Under the pieces are notes generated by a model that worked only from the letters and a program-made list of their open reading frames with translations, was not told where the DNA came from and ran no database searches. A stretch of 64,000 nucleotides of DNA, taken from assembly GCA_020348925.1 (NCBI GenBank), contig CP070758.1:3735688-3799687 (forward strand), read 5' to 3'. The translations under genes were made by a program, and so were the position numbers. Source of the DNA: Gemmatimonadota bacterium (GTDB lineage: Bacteria > JBHIER01 > G020348925). Of this stretch, positions 43,402-53,259 are shown in pieces; position 1 is the stretch's first letter, and each line of letters starts with the position of its first letter.

Positions 43402-45807
43402 ATGATAAGCGGACGGCTCTTTGCTATGATAGCTATTTGTGTCATTATAATTCTCAGTACATCCGTGATGCTTCATGCAGAAAGCTTTTTAGACTATGCT
43501 GAAGGTGCGGCCGAATGGTTGATGAATGAGGCCAGAGTCGATGGAAACGGATACAAGTGGCCTGATGTCGCTGATGGTGGTTATCATTCTACAGACCTGT
43601 ATTATGGTTCTCCTGGAATTGTCAAACTTTTCTCAAGGCTCTATGAGACAACCGGGAAGGAGCAATATCGCCATTATGCAACAGGTGGTGCTCAATGGCT
43701 TATCGACGAAGCGGTGCCAGAGGGTGGTGGTTACAAATGGCCGATGATACAACGGCTCTCTTCGTATGGGATAGGATTCTACACAGGAGTGACAGGGACT
43801 GGAGATGCCTTTGCCGATCTCTATGAGATCTTTTCGGATACACGGTATCTGAACCATGCCATGGGAGCGGCGGATTGGCTTTTACATGTGGCCGTCTTTG
43901 AAGGACCGGATATATGTAAATGGCCTTATACTCAAAACTCCGGATCGTATTATACTGACATAATTGGTGGTGTGGCAGGTGTTGGCCTCTTTTTATTGAG
44001 GATGTATGAGTTGGACGGAAACCAGAAATATCTGGAGTATGCAAGATACGGAGGTAATTGGCTGGTGAGTCAGGCTATTCCTGACGGGAACGGATACAAG
44101 TGGAAAATGTCTACTGGTTCGCATAAGATCTTTACCGGCTTCTCACACGGTGCGGCAGGAATCGGGTATTTTTTAGCAGAGCTGTTCCGTGTTTCGGGTG
44201 ACGATATTTATTTGGAATATGCGAAAGGTGCAGCCCAGTGGTTGATGGATGTAGCCATTGAAACAGAACATGAGTGTACATGGTGGAGTGAAGAAAGCGA
44301 AAGGAGTGTGTTTTTTAGTACAGGATGGTGTCACGGTCCTGCCGGAACCTGCCTTATCTTTATGAAACTATATGCGATTACGACCGAAGAGAGATACCTG
44401 GCATACGCCGAAAAAGGGGCGAACTGGTCGGTCAACGTTGCTATTCCTGATGGCGGTGGTTACAGGTGGCCATATACGGTAGCGAGTGGCTTCTCCGATG
44501 TTACTTTTTGCCATGGGGTTACAGGAGTTGGGAAATTTCTTCTCGATTTTTACACTCTGACCCGTAATGAACACTGGCTGAAGTACGCCAAAGGGGCGGC
44601 ATTCTGGCTTGGGAGTATTGCTGACACTTCTGCCGGTGGTTACCGCTGGGAAAGCTTTGATTTCTATAACACTGGATACTCCCTTGGCACAGCGGGAATA
44701 GGACTCTTTTTCCTGGACAATATGGAATACAACTGGCCCCCAATAATAAAACCAATAACAGAACAGGCGGACCAGTATTACAACACCGCCCCGATACTCT
44801 CCACTTTCGGTTTCTACGATGACATGGGACTGGTTGATGGTTGGTATCAGATAGATTCGTATGAAGGCACATGGACAATCCTCTTCTCCGATATCTCCGG
44901 GACGTCCTGGGACAAGGAAGATTGGTCCATCCCAGGATTTTCAGATCTTCCGGACGGCAGTCACACGATCTATTTCAAAGCCTCAGACGACTCAGGGGCT
45001 GTGGAGGGGGAGTCGGGTGAATGGAGCTGGCAGTTTTTCAAGGATACGACGCCACCGTCTGCTGGGACAATCTCCATACAGAACGGTGCGGATACAATCA
45101 ACTCGCTGATGGTGAGCCTGGATGCCTTGACTGCATCCGATACATTGAGCGGTCTCTCTCAGATGCAATTCAGCAACGACGGCAACAACTGGTCTTCACA
45201 TGAAGAATATTCTCCAACGAGACCGGATTGGGACCTGTCGGCTTACGGCGGAAATCATTTCTCCGGAACGAAGAGAGTGTGCGTGAAATACAAAGACGTG
45301 GCCGGTAATTGGTCGGAGTCTTTTTCTGATGAAACAGTCTGTATTCTTCCTTTAGCTATAGTGACAGATTCACTGACGAACGGTATCGTGGGAGTCCCGT
45401 ACAATCAGACCCTCGAAGCGTGGGGCGGTTGGCATCCCTACCGCTGGAACCTGGAAGCCGGCTCTTTACCGCTGGGACTCACTTTCGACACGACTGGTGT
45501 GATAGCAGGTGTACCGAATGCATCGGATACGATCTCTCTGACACTAAAGGTGACCGATTCAACCTCGGCCATATGTACACAGGATCTCGAACTCACAATC
45601 ACTGAGGGTTACAAAGGGGACATCAACGGTGACGGTCAGATCAACATTATTGACGTGGTTAGGCTCGTGAATTCCATTCTCAACAACCGCGATCTCACAC
45701 CCAACGAGCACTGGACTGCCGACTGCAATGGCGATGGGAGCGTGGACATTTTAGATGCTTTGGGTATTATCAATGTGATACTGGGTGTGGGCGAGTGTGA
45801 ACCATAA
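43402..45807 (+). CDS. Secreted lanthionine synthetase C (LanC)-like protein with Ig-like domains and a dockerin
   Basis: AAGGAGG RBS; signal peptide; seven GxxG repeats including GFSHGAAG, GWCHGPAG, FCHGVTG; putative Ig domain (G.LP.GLT...G.I.G.P); GDINGDG.INIID. Confidence 0.85.
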   Translation: MISGRLFAMIAICVIIILSTSVMLHAESFLDYAEGAAEWLMNEARVDGNGYKWPDVADGGYHSTDLYYGSPGIVKLFSRLYETTGKEQYRHYATGGAQWLIDEAVPEGGGYKWPMIQRLSSYGIGFYTGVTGTGDAFADLYEIFSDTRYLNHAMGAADWLLHVAVFEGPDICKWPYTQNSGSYYTDIIGGVAGVGLFLLRMYELDGNQKYLEYARYGGNWLVSQAIPDGNGYKWKMSTGSHKIFTGFSHGAAGIGYFLAELFRVSGDDIYLEYAKGAAQWLMDVAIETEHECTWWSEESERSVFFSTGWCHGPAGTCLIFMKLYAITTEERYLAYAEKGANWSVNVAIPDGGGYRWPYTVASGFSDVTFCHGVTGVGKFLLDFYTLTRNEHWLKYAKGAAFWLGSIADTSAGGYRWESFDFYNTGYSLGTAGIGLFFLDNMEYNWPPIIKPITEQADQYYNTAPILSTFGFYDDMGLVDGWYQIDSYEGTWTILFSDISGTSWDKEDWSIPGFSDLPDGSHTIYFKASDDSGAVEGESGEWSWQFFKDTTPPSAGTISIQNGADTINSLMVSLDALTASDTLSGLSQMQFSNDGNNWSSHEEYSPTRPDWDLSAYGGNHFSGTKRVCVKYKDVAGNWSESFSDETVCILPLAIVTDSLTNGIVGVPYNQTLEAWGGWHPYRWNLEAGSLPLGLTFDTTGVIAGVPNASDTISLTLKVTDSTSAICTQDLELTITEGYKGDINGDGQINIIDVVRLVNSILNNRDLTPNEHWTADCNGDGSVDILDALGIINVILGVGECEP

Positions 45808-46006
45808 ATATCCCGAACGGAATTCCGATCTCGTTTTATTCAAGATCTCTATTCGGCTTCTTTATATATTTAGCCCAGGATTCCATCGTCGTTCTCGACA
45901 CTTACAGAGCTGAGAAAAGGAGCCTGTCACTACTTTCGATGGATAATAATAAATCTGTTTTTTTAACAGTGGGAATGACAGTTGTGGATAAAGCAGGATC
46001 TATAAA

Positions 46007-49000
46007 TTATTTCTTCGACCGCACGGCCGAGAAGATGCCGACGGTGTGGACCTTGAGTTTATCTAAGAGAAGATAAATTGAAGGCGTCACCAGGAGTGTC
46101 AGGACGGTGGATACCGCCAGGCCGCCCATGATGGCCCGGGCCATAGGGTAATACATGAGCCCGCCGAGCAGCTGGGCTTTTCCCCAGGCCATGGGTGCCA
46201 ACCCCAGGATCGTTGTGGCGGCAGTCATAACAATCGGGCGAAAACGGTTCTCACCACCCCGGACGATAGCCTCCTCGCGGGGAACTCCCTTCCGCCGCAA
46301 TTGATTGATATAATCCAGCAGCACGATGCCGTTGTTGACCACAATGCCGACCAGGACCAGGATGGCAATCCTGGCCATAATCGTCAGGGGCGTATGTGTC
46401 AGAAAGAGGAACCAGACCACACCGACGAAAGCGAAGGGCAGGGCCGTCAGAATGGTCAGGGGGTGAACGAGGGATTCAAAGAGGGAGGCCATGAGCAGAT
46501 AGATGAGGATGATGGCCATAATATAGTTCCACAACATCTGGCTCTGCTGCTCCTCCTCCCGCTCAAAGCGCTGGCCCAGGCTCCAGGAATATCCGGGAGG
46601 CATCTCCAGGGTCGCCATCTGCTGGAAGATCTCGCCCCGGAGTCGACCCAAATCGGTCGCCTGCAGGTTGGCGTACACGGTCGTCGTCGTCCGGCGATCC
46701 TCCCGCCTGATGGTTCGAGGTCCCTTTCGCACGATGAGATCGGCCACGCTCTTTAAGGAGACGGGTTCTCCCGAAGTACTGATAAGGTTTATTTTCTCCA
46801 GGCTCCGCACGTCCTTTCGATCCGAGGCCTGGAGCTGGAGGTTCATCTCGATCTCTCCCTCGACGTCTTTAAACCTCGACAGCCGGGTCCCCCGCAGCGT
46901 TCCGGAAACGGTCTGAGCCACTTGCTGAGCGGAGATACCGAAATTCTTGGCTCGCTCCCGGTCGACGACGATCTGGATCTCCTCGTCACCGGCCTCGTCG
47001 TCGGTCTGCACATCGGCCAATCCCGGGATACGCTCCAACCGTCGTTCCACCTCCCTGGCAATACCGGACAGAACTTCGCTGTTATCCCCCTGAAGACGGA
47101 CCGAGACGGTGATCTCGCCGCCTCCCGTCTGTTGCTGCCGACCCATGACAAGCCGGACCCCCGGCAGCTTGGGCAGTCCTGTCCGGATATCCTCCATGAT
47201 TTCCGGCACTTCCCTGCTCCCCGCACGCCAGTCGATGAGTTTGACAGACGTCATGGCGTAATCGCGTTGATAGTAACTGTAAACGGATTCTATCTCGAAC
47301 CGCTCCTTGTCCTCCAGGAGAAATTCCTCGACACGATCCACCATGCGCTCCACAGTATTCAAGGTAAAATTCTCATCAATGAAGTATCGGATTCTGATAT
47401 ACCGCTGGGCACTCCGAACAACCTCATCCTTGCTCATGAATTTGTAGGGTCCGCCGCATGTGCCGGCCAGACAGATGAGGGCCAGAAAAAAGACGAGGAG
47501 AGCCCGTTTTGTCGACTGAACCGTCCATCCCAGGATTCGTACATATTTCTTCGTGACCTTTCGGATGAACTTCGATTTCTCCTTTATCTCCCCCTTGAGG
47601 AACCTGGAGGTGGTCAGGGGGATGAAGGTCATGGCGATAAAGAGGGAACACAGAAGGGTGAAGGAAATGGCCAGGGCAAAGTCCTTCAACCACACGGTCA
47701 GATCGTCCTTTCTGCCGAAGATAATGGGGACAAAGACGATGGTCGAAGTGAGGGTTGCAGCCAAGATGGCCGTGCCGACCTCTTTCACGCCCAGCGTCGT
47801 TGCATCCTTCGCGGATTCACCCTGTTGCTTGTGTCTGAAGATAGATTCCGCCACAACCACGGAATTGTCGACAAGCATCCCGACGCCCAGCATGAGTCCG
47901 GTCATGGACAGGACATTGAGGGTGACGTTGAAGATTTTGAGGAAGGTCAGGGCCGTAATGATCGAAAAAGGGATGGCCACAGCCACAATAAGCGTCGTGC
48001 GTACTTTTCTCAGGAAAAAGAAGAGAACAAATATGGCCAGGATCGCGCCGTAGATACCGGCCTTCTTCACCTCGTTGAGAGAATCGATGATCTCCTCCGA
48101 CTGATCCAGGAAAAACCACAGGTTGATCCCCCTCATCTCCGGTTCGTTCCCGACGTCTTCGATAACGGTCCGGGCCTTGCGCGCTATCTCCACGGTATTT
48201 CGCCCGGACTCTTTGTAAATATCAAGACCGATGGCATAGTTGCGATTCAGATGACGGCCGTACGTCAGGGTCGGGGAAGCCAATTCCACATCGGCGATCT
48301 CCTTCAATTTAACGCCTCTCCCGGTCACAATAATATTTTCCACGTCATCAAGGCTTCCGTATTTACCGATAGCCCGGACGGCGTACTTTTTCCCGCCGTC
48401 AATCACATCACCCACGGACAGAGAGAAATTGTTATTGCGCAGGGTGGTCAGGAGGCGGCCGACATCGACGTTGTAGGCCTTCAATTTGTCCACTTTAAGA
48501 TCGATGAAAATCTCACTTTTTTCGACCCCGTAGAGATCGACCCGGGAGACGCCGTCCACCCGTTCCAGCCGGCGCTTGAGCAGGCGGTCCAGGGTATCAT
48601 AGGCGTTGGACAGATCGCGCTCCGAGGAGATCCGCATCTGCAGCACGGGAATATCCGTGGCCGAGAATCGGTAGATGAAGACCCTGTCGATGTCGTCCGG
48701 CAGTTCGTTCATGACGCGGTCGATCTTCTCCCTGGCCTCCACACCCAGGATGTTCATCGATTTGCCGTAGTCGAAAAAGACGTTCACCTGGGAAAAGTCG
48801 TCCCCGGAGTAGGATTCTATGCGCCTGATACCGCTCATGGTGCCGATGGCCTCCTCGATGGGGACCGTGATGTTCTGCTCAACCTCGTTGGGCGTAGAGT
48901 TGGGGTAAGGGGTGTAGATGAACAAGCCCGGGAATTCGACATTGGGCAAGAACTCCAGGGGCAGGCGGGAGATAGAGACCGCACCGATGACCACAAGGCT

Positions 49001-49057
49001 GACCAAGATCATGACCGTCGTGATGGGACGGCGTATGGTAAAATCGGGAATGTTCAT
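46007..49057 (-). CDS. RND efflux permease (AcrB/CzcA superfamily)
   Basis: RRPIT, GMLVDNSVVV.E, GIVVNNGIVL.D, R.RPI.MT. Confidence 0.95.
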   Translation of the reverse strand: MNIPDFTIRRPITTVMILVSLVVIGAVSISRLPLEFLPNVEFPGLFIYTPYPNSTPNEVEQNITVPIEEAIGTMSGIRRIESYSGDDFSQVNVFFDYGKSMNILGVEAREKIDRVMNELPDDIDRVFIYRFSATDIPVLQMRISSERDLSNAYDTLDRLLKRRLERVDGVSRVDLYGVEKSEIFIDLKVDKLKAYNVDVGRLLTTLRNNNFSLSVGDVIDGGKKYAVRAIGKYGSLDDVENIIVTGRGVKLKEIADVELASPTLTYGRHLNRNYAIGLDIYKESGRNTVEIARKARTVIEDVGNEPEMRGINLWFFLDQSEEIIDSLNEVKKAGIYGAILAIFVLFFFLRKVRTTLIVAVAIPFSIITALTFLKIFNVTLNVLSMTGLMLGVGMLVDNSVVVAESIFRHKQQGESAKDATTLGVKEVGTAILAATLTSTIVFVPIIFGRKDDLTVWLKDFALAISFTLLCSLFIAMTFIPLTTSRFLKGEIKEKSKFIRKVTKKYVRILGWTVQSTKRALLVFFLALICLAGTCGGPYKFMSKDEVVRSAQRYIRIRYFIDENFTLNTVERMVDRVEEFLLEDKERFEIESVYSYYQRDYAMTSVKLIDWRAGSREVPEIMEDIRTGLPKLPGVRLVMGRQQQTGGGEITVSVRLQGDNSEVLSGIAREVERRLERIPGLADVQTDDEAGDEEIQIVVDRERAKNFGISAQQVAQTVSGTLRGTRLSRFKDVEGEIEMNLQLQASDRKDVRSLEKINLISTSGEPVSLKSVADLIVRKGPRTIRREDRRTTTTVYANLQATDLGRLRGEIFQQMATLEMPPGYSWSLGQRFEREEEQQSQMLWNYIMAIILIYLLMASLFESLVHPLTILTALPFAFVGVVWFLFLTHTPLTIMARIAILVLVGIVVNNGIVLLDYINQLRRKGVPREEAIVRGGENRFRPIVMTAATTILGLAPMAWGKAQLLGGLMYYPMARAIMGGLAVSTVLTLLVTPSIYLLLDKLKVHTVGIFSAVRSKK

Positions 49058-49059
49058 TC

Positions 49060-49162
49060 ACTAAATCCTAAATAAGAATACCGAAATTCGAAAAACGTTT
49101 TGCTCCATTGTTAATTTTAGATTTCGGATGTGTGTCGGCACTCGAATTTCGTGATTCGATTT
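49060..49162. repeat. Degenerate short-period (about 7 nt) inverted intergenic repeat
   Basis: CTAAATC/CGAAATT-type units followed by AGATTTCG/GAATTTCG/GATTCGA in opposite orientation. Confidence 0.45.
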
Positions 49163-49193
49163 TTTTCTCATCTTCTCAGACTTCCGGAGTTTT

Positions 49194-52100
49194 CTAAACT
49201 TCTGAAGTCTTTTCCCCTTTCGAACTGGACTCCACAACAGGCACGAACTGCTTTCTGTCCATCACCGTGTAGAGGGTTGGGATAACAACCAGGGTCAGGA
49301 TCGTCGAGGTGAGCATCCCGCCGATAACGGCGATGGCCATGGGTGACCTGATCTCGGCCCCCTCACCGAAGCCCAGGGCCATGGGCAAAAGGGCCAGGAC
49401 TGTGGTGGCCGTCGTCATGAGAATGGGACGGAGACGCACGCGGCCCGCCTGGATGACAGCCTCGTACTTCTCGATACCGCGACGCCGCAACCGGTTTATA
49501 TAATCGATGAGGACGATGGCGTTGTTGACGACGATGCCGGCCAGCAAGATCACTCCGATGAGGACGACGACGCTGATCGTTTGGCCGGTCAGGAGCAGTG
49601 CCGCGACGACACCGATGAGGGCCAACGGTAACGAGAACATAATGACGAAGGGATGGAGGAGCGATTCGAACTGAGAGGCCATCACGAGGTAGACCAGAAA
49701 AATGGCCAGGAGCAGGGCAAAGCGCAGTGAGGCAAACGACACCATCATTTCCTCATTCTGACCGGCCAGAGAGGCTGAAAAAGTTGGCGGCAGCGTCACC
49801 GATCGGATTCGTTCCCCGGCCTCGCGGGAGACACTGCCCAGGTCACGACCGACCACATTTGCGGTGACGAGGGCCGTCCGCTGCTGGCCCAGCCGATGGA
49901 TCTGACTGGGACCGATATCGACCCGCACATCGGCCACGGAACTGAGGTTGACCGGCACCTCAGCCTCAGGATTGATGGTCAGGTTTCTGATCCGATCGAT
50001 GGTCGCCCGGTTTCCCTCCGTTGCCCGCACCAGAATATCGATGCGGCGCTCTCCGATGGCAAACCGCGAGGGGATATCTCCCTTGATCCGGTTTCTGACC
50101 AGCCGGGAAATCTCATAAATATCCAGCCCCAGAGCGGCGACCCGCTCCCGGTCAAAGACGATCTGAACCTCGGGATTGCCGGCTTCAAGGTTCGACTGGA
50201 CATCGGTCAAGCCTTCAATTGTGCTCAAAGCGGCGACGACGCGGTCGGCGCTCTCTTTCAACCGCTCGATGTTAAATCCCGTCACTTCCACCTCGATCGG
50301 TGTCTTAAAGGTGAAGTAGGTGGGCGACAGGAATTCCGCCTCAGCGTCCGGCACCCGGGTCAGCTCCCGGCGCATCAGCTCTTTTACATGAGCCTCCGCC
50401 TTCTTGTCGGTCGGATCCTTCATCACCACCTTCAGTTCACCATGATTTTCCCCCTCCATCTCTGTATCGGCCGTCATCCTGTTGCCGGTGCCCACTATAC
50501 TGTAAATTTTTTCCACGCGGGGATCATCCCTGACAGCCTGCTCAATGCGGTTGAGCAGGACGTCCGAGACGTCAATCGGCGTCCCCACGGGAAAATCGAC
50601 GGCCAGGGTAAATTCACCCTGGGAGAACTGGGGGATGAGCTCCATGCCCAAAAAGGAGATCGCCAGAAGCGAGACGACAAAGATGATGAGGGCCGACGCC
50701 AGCACCGCACCCTTATTGTTGAGAGCCCACCCGAGAAAGTGGGGATAGGCCTTGGCCAGGACCGGGAACCCTCTGTCAAACCAACTGAGCAAGATTTTGA
50801 GAACAAGCAGCAATCCGATGGCCAGGGGAACGGCCAGACCATAGGTTTGCGGTTTCAGCCCCTGTCCGGTCAGGGTGAAAAAAATGAGGAGTCCGGCGTA
50901 GGCCAGGAGAAACGCGCCCAGCCTCTTCCCCACCCACTTGCCAACGACGACCAGTGTATAAAAAAAGTTCGTGAACAGAAACACGATCAGGGAGAAAATC
51001 AGGGTGACGGCGAAACGAACGATGAAAAAGGGCGGCTTGAGAATGTTCCAGGGAATACGGATGATGGGAATGAACGCTCTCACCACCTGGCACCACAGAA
51101 ATCGTACTGGAATGAGGATTGTTTTCCATGCGGTCAGCACCGAGAACTTTATCCGGGTTACCTTCTCCCTTTTCGCTCTCGTCGGAACGCGACAGATTGC
51201 TCTCACTTCACCGGGATACTGTTCCAGGAAGCGATGCTTTGCCTCCCATCTGTCCTCTCCGCTGCAGACGACGCCATTCTCGCGGAGGGCCACGAACCTG
51301 CCGCCGTGTTGAGCGACCAGTTCACGCCAGTGCTTCCGAAACCATACTTTTTGACGGGTTTTCACGGTGTAGCGTTTCTCGGCCGTTTTCACCCAGTACA
51401 ATTCCCTCACGAACCACCCCGGTATACTCATCAGAAAACGGAGGAGGAGATAAAACGGTAGAAGGAAGTAGAGGGGCCACCTATAGCTGTCAACATAGGT
51501 TTTGCCGGTCTGCCCCATCCAACGCAGGATCGAAGCATGATTCCACAACCACAGGCCGATGCCGCTGACGCCTTCCCACGCCAGACGGAGGACATAGGTG
51601 ATGAGAAATCGCAGAGCCCAGATGAAGGTCCGCAGCCACCTCAGTATGAGGCGTTTTTCGCGCCATGCGGATCGTGAACCCCGGCGTGACACATGCGCCC
51701 GCGTTATTCTCTGCAACCAGACGGTCGTCGTCTTCTCCACAACAGCGCCCCCGCGGTGCTCCCGTGACGCGATCATGGGAATGAGTGTCAGGGCGATGAT
51801 GAGAGAGACGATCAGCGAGAAGGTGATGGTCAGGGCCTGATCCCTGAAGAGCTGGCCGGCAACACCCTTGATAAAAATGATCGGGAAGAAGACGCAGATG
51901 GTCGTCAGTGTCGAAGCGATGACGGCAGTACCTACCTCGCTGGCCCCTTTGTTGGCGGCTTCGAACAGACCGAACCCCTCCTTTCGGTATCTGTCAATAC
52001 TTTCCAAAACCACGATGGAGTTATCCACGAGCATACCCACGCCCAGAGCGAGCCCCCCCAGGGACATGATGTTGAGTGTGACCTTGCCGAAATACATGGC

Positions 52101-53213
52101 CAGAAAGGTGGCGATGACCGAAGCCGGAATGGCAAAACCGATGATGGCCGTACTGCGCATGTTCTTCAGAAAAAAGAAGAGGACGATCATGGCCAACAGA
52201 CCGCCGATGATGGCCGAATCCCGAACCTCGCCCACCGCCCGCTGGATGAACCGGGACTGATCGGAGACGGTCGTCAGCTTCATTGAACCCAACGCCTGCG
52301 GCGTGTACGATCTGAGGCGTCTGGTTACATGTCGCGCCACGGCCACCGTGTTGGCATCACCTTCCTTGTAGATGGCGATCTCCACGGCCTCCTGACCATT
52401 GATCCGGGTGATGGCATCCCTTTCCTTGTAAGATTTTGAGACAGCCGCCACATCCTTCAGATAGAACTTCACACCCTCCCTCTGACCGATGACGACATCA
52501 TCGATCTCATCGACACGTTTAAACTGATTGAGCGTGCGAACGAGGTATTCCTCCGTCCCCTCTCTCAGGCTGCCACCCGAAAGATTGACGTTCTCCTGGG
52601 CCAGACGCTGGGAAATCTGGGCGATGCTGAAACCCAGTTGGGCCAATTTGCCCTCATTCACCTCGATGTGGATCTCCTCCTCCAGACCGCCGCTCACTTT
52701 GACCGCCGCCACCCCCTCCACGGTTTCCAGATCCTTCTTCATGTGCTCCTCGGCAAAAATTCGCAGCACGCTGAGCTCCGCCTGGCCCGTGAGCCCGACC
52801 AGAACGATGGGGTCGTTCGAGGGATCAAAACGAAGCAGGATCGGCTGTCTCACCTCCCGGGGAAGGTTCAGGATATCCAGCTTCTGTCGCACCTCCAGGG
52901 CGGCATTGGCCATATCAGTACCCCATTGGAACTCCAGGATGACGTCCGACCAGCCGGATCTTGAAATCGAACTCATGTTCAAGAGGTTTCTGACTGTACC
53001 AACCGATTCTTCAACAGGCTTGGTCACCAGATTCTCGACCTCGGCGGGTGCAGCCCCTTCGAATTCCGTCCGTATCGTCAGGGTCGGATAGGTCAGCTCC
53101 GGCAGGAGATTCACCCGCAATCGCTGAAGGGATACCAGTCCGAAGAGCAGCACCGCCAGGGTGAACATGGCTACGGTAACGGGGCGTTTTGTCGAAAGCT
53201 CAATTATTTTCAT
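49194..53213 (-). CDS. RND efflux permease with a large central insertion
   Basis: Same RND motifs; 1339 aa versus 1016 aa for the neighbour. Confidence 0.93.
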   Translation of the reverse strand: MKIIELSTKRPVTVAMFTLAVLLFGLVSLQRLRVNLLPELTYPTLTIRTEFEGAAPAEVENLVTKPVEESVGTVRNLLNMSSISRSGWSDVILEFQWGTDMANAALEVRQKLDILNLPREVRQPILLRFDPSNDPIVLVGLTGQAELSVLRIFAEEHMKKDLETVEGVAAVKVSGGLEEEIHIEVNEGKLAQLGFSIAQISQRLAQENVNLSGGSLREGTEEYLVRTLNQFKRVDEIDDVVIGQREGVKFYLKDVAAVSKSYKERDAITRINGQEAVEIAIYKEGDANTVAVARHVTRRLRSYTPQALGSMKLTTVSDQSRFIQRAVGEVRDSAIIGGLLAMIVLFFFLKNMRSTAIIGFAIPASVIATFLAMYFGKVTLNIMSLGGLALGVGMLVDNSIVVLESIDRYRKEGFGLFEAANKGASEVGTAVIASTLTTICVFFPIIFIKGVAGQLFRDQALTITFSLIVSLIIALTLIPMIASREHRGGAVVEKTTTVWLQRITRAHVSRRGSRSAWREKRLILRWLRTFIWALRFLITYVLRLAWEGVSGIGLWLWNHASILRWMGQTGKTYVDSYRWPLYFLLPFYLLLRFLMSIPGWFVRELYWVKTAEKRYTVKTRQKVWFRKHWRELVAQHGGRFVALRENGVVCSGEDRWEAKHRFLEQYPGEVRAICRVPTRAKREKVTRIKFSVLTAWKTILIPVRFLWCQVVRAFIPIIRIPWNILKPPFFIVRFAVTLIFSLIVFLFTNFFYTLVVVGKWVGKRLGAFLLAYAGLLIFFTLTGQGLKPQTYGLAVPLAIGLLLVLKILLSWFDRGFPVLAKAYPHFLGWALNNKGAVLASALIIFVVSLLAISFLGMELIPQFSQGEFTLAVDFPVGTPIDVSDVLLNRIEQAVRDDPRVEKIYSIVGTGNRMTADTEMEGENHGELKVVMKDPTDKKAEAHVKELMRRELTRVPDAEAEFLSPTYFTFKTPIEVEVTGFNIERLKESADRVVAALSTIEGLTDVQSNLEAGNPEVQIVFDRERVAALGLDIYEISRLVRNRIKGDIPSRFAIGERRIDILVRATEGNRATIDRIRNLTINPEAEVPVNLSSVADVRVDIGPSQIHRLGQQRTALVTANVVGRDLGSVSREAGERIRSVTLPPTFSASLAGQNEEMMVSFASLRFALLLAIFLVYLVMASQFESLLHPFVIMFSLPLALIGVVAALLLTGQTISVVVLIGVILLAGIVVNNAIVLIDYINRLRRRGIEKYEAVIQAGRVRLRPILMTTATTVLALLPMALGFGEGAEIRSPMAIAVIGGMLTSTILTLVVIPTLYTVMDRKQFVPVVESSSKGEKTSEV

Positions 53214-53259
53214 GTTTTTTATCCTATTATTTGGTCAGCGGAGCAATACCTTCACTTTT

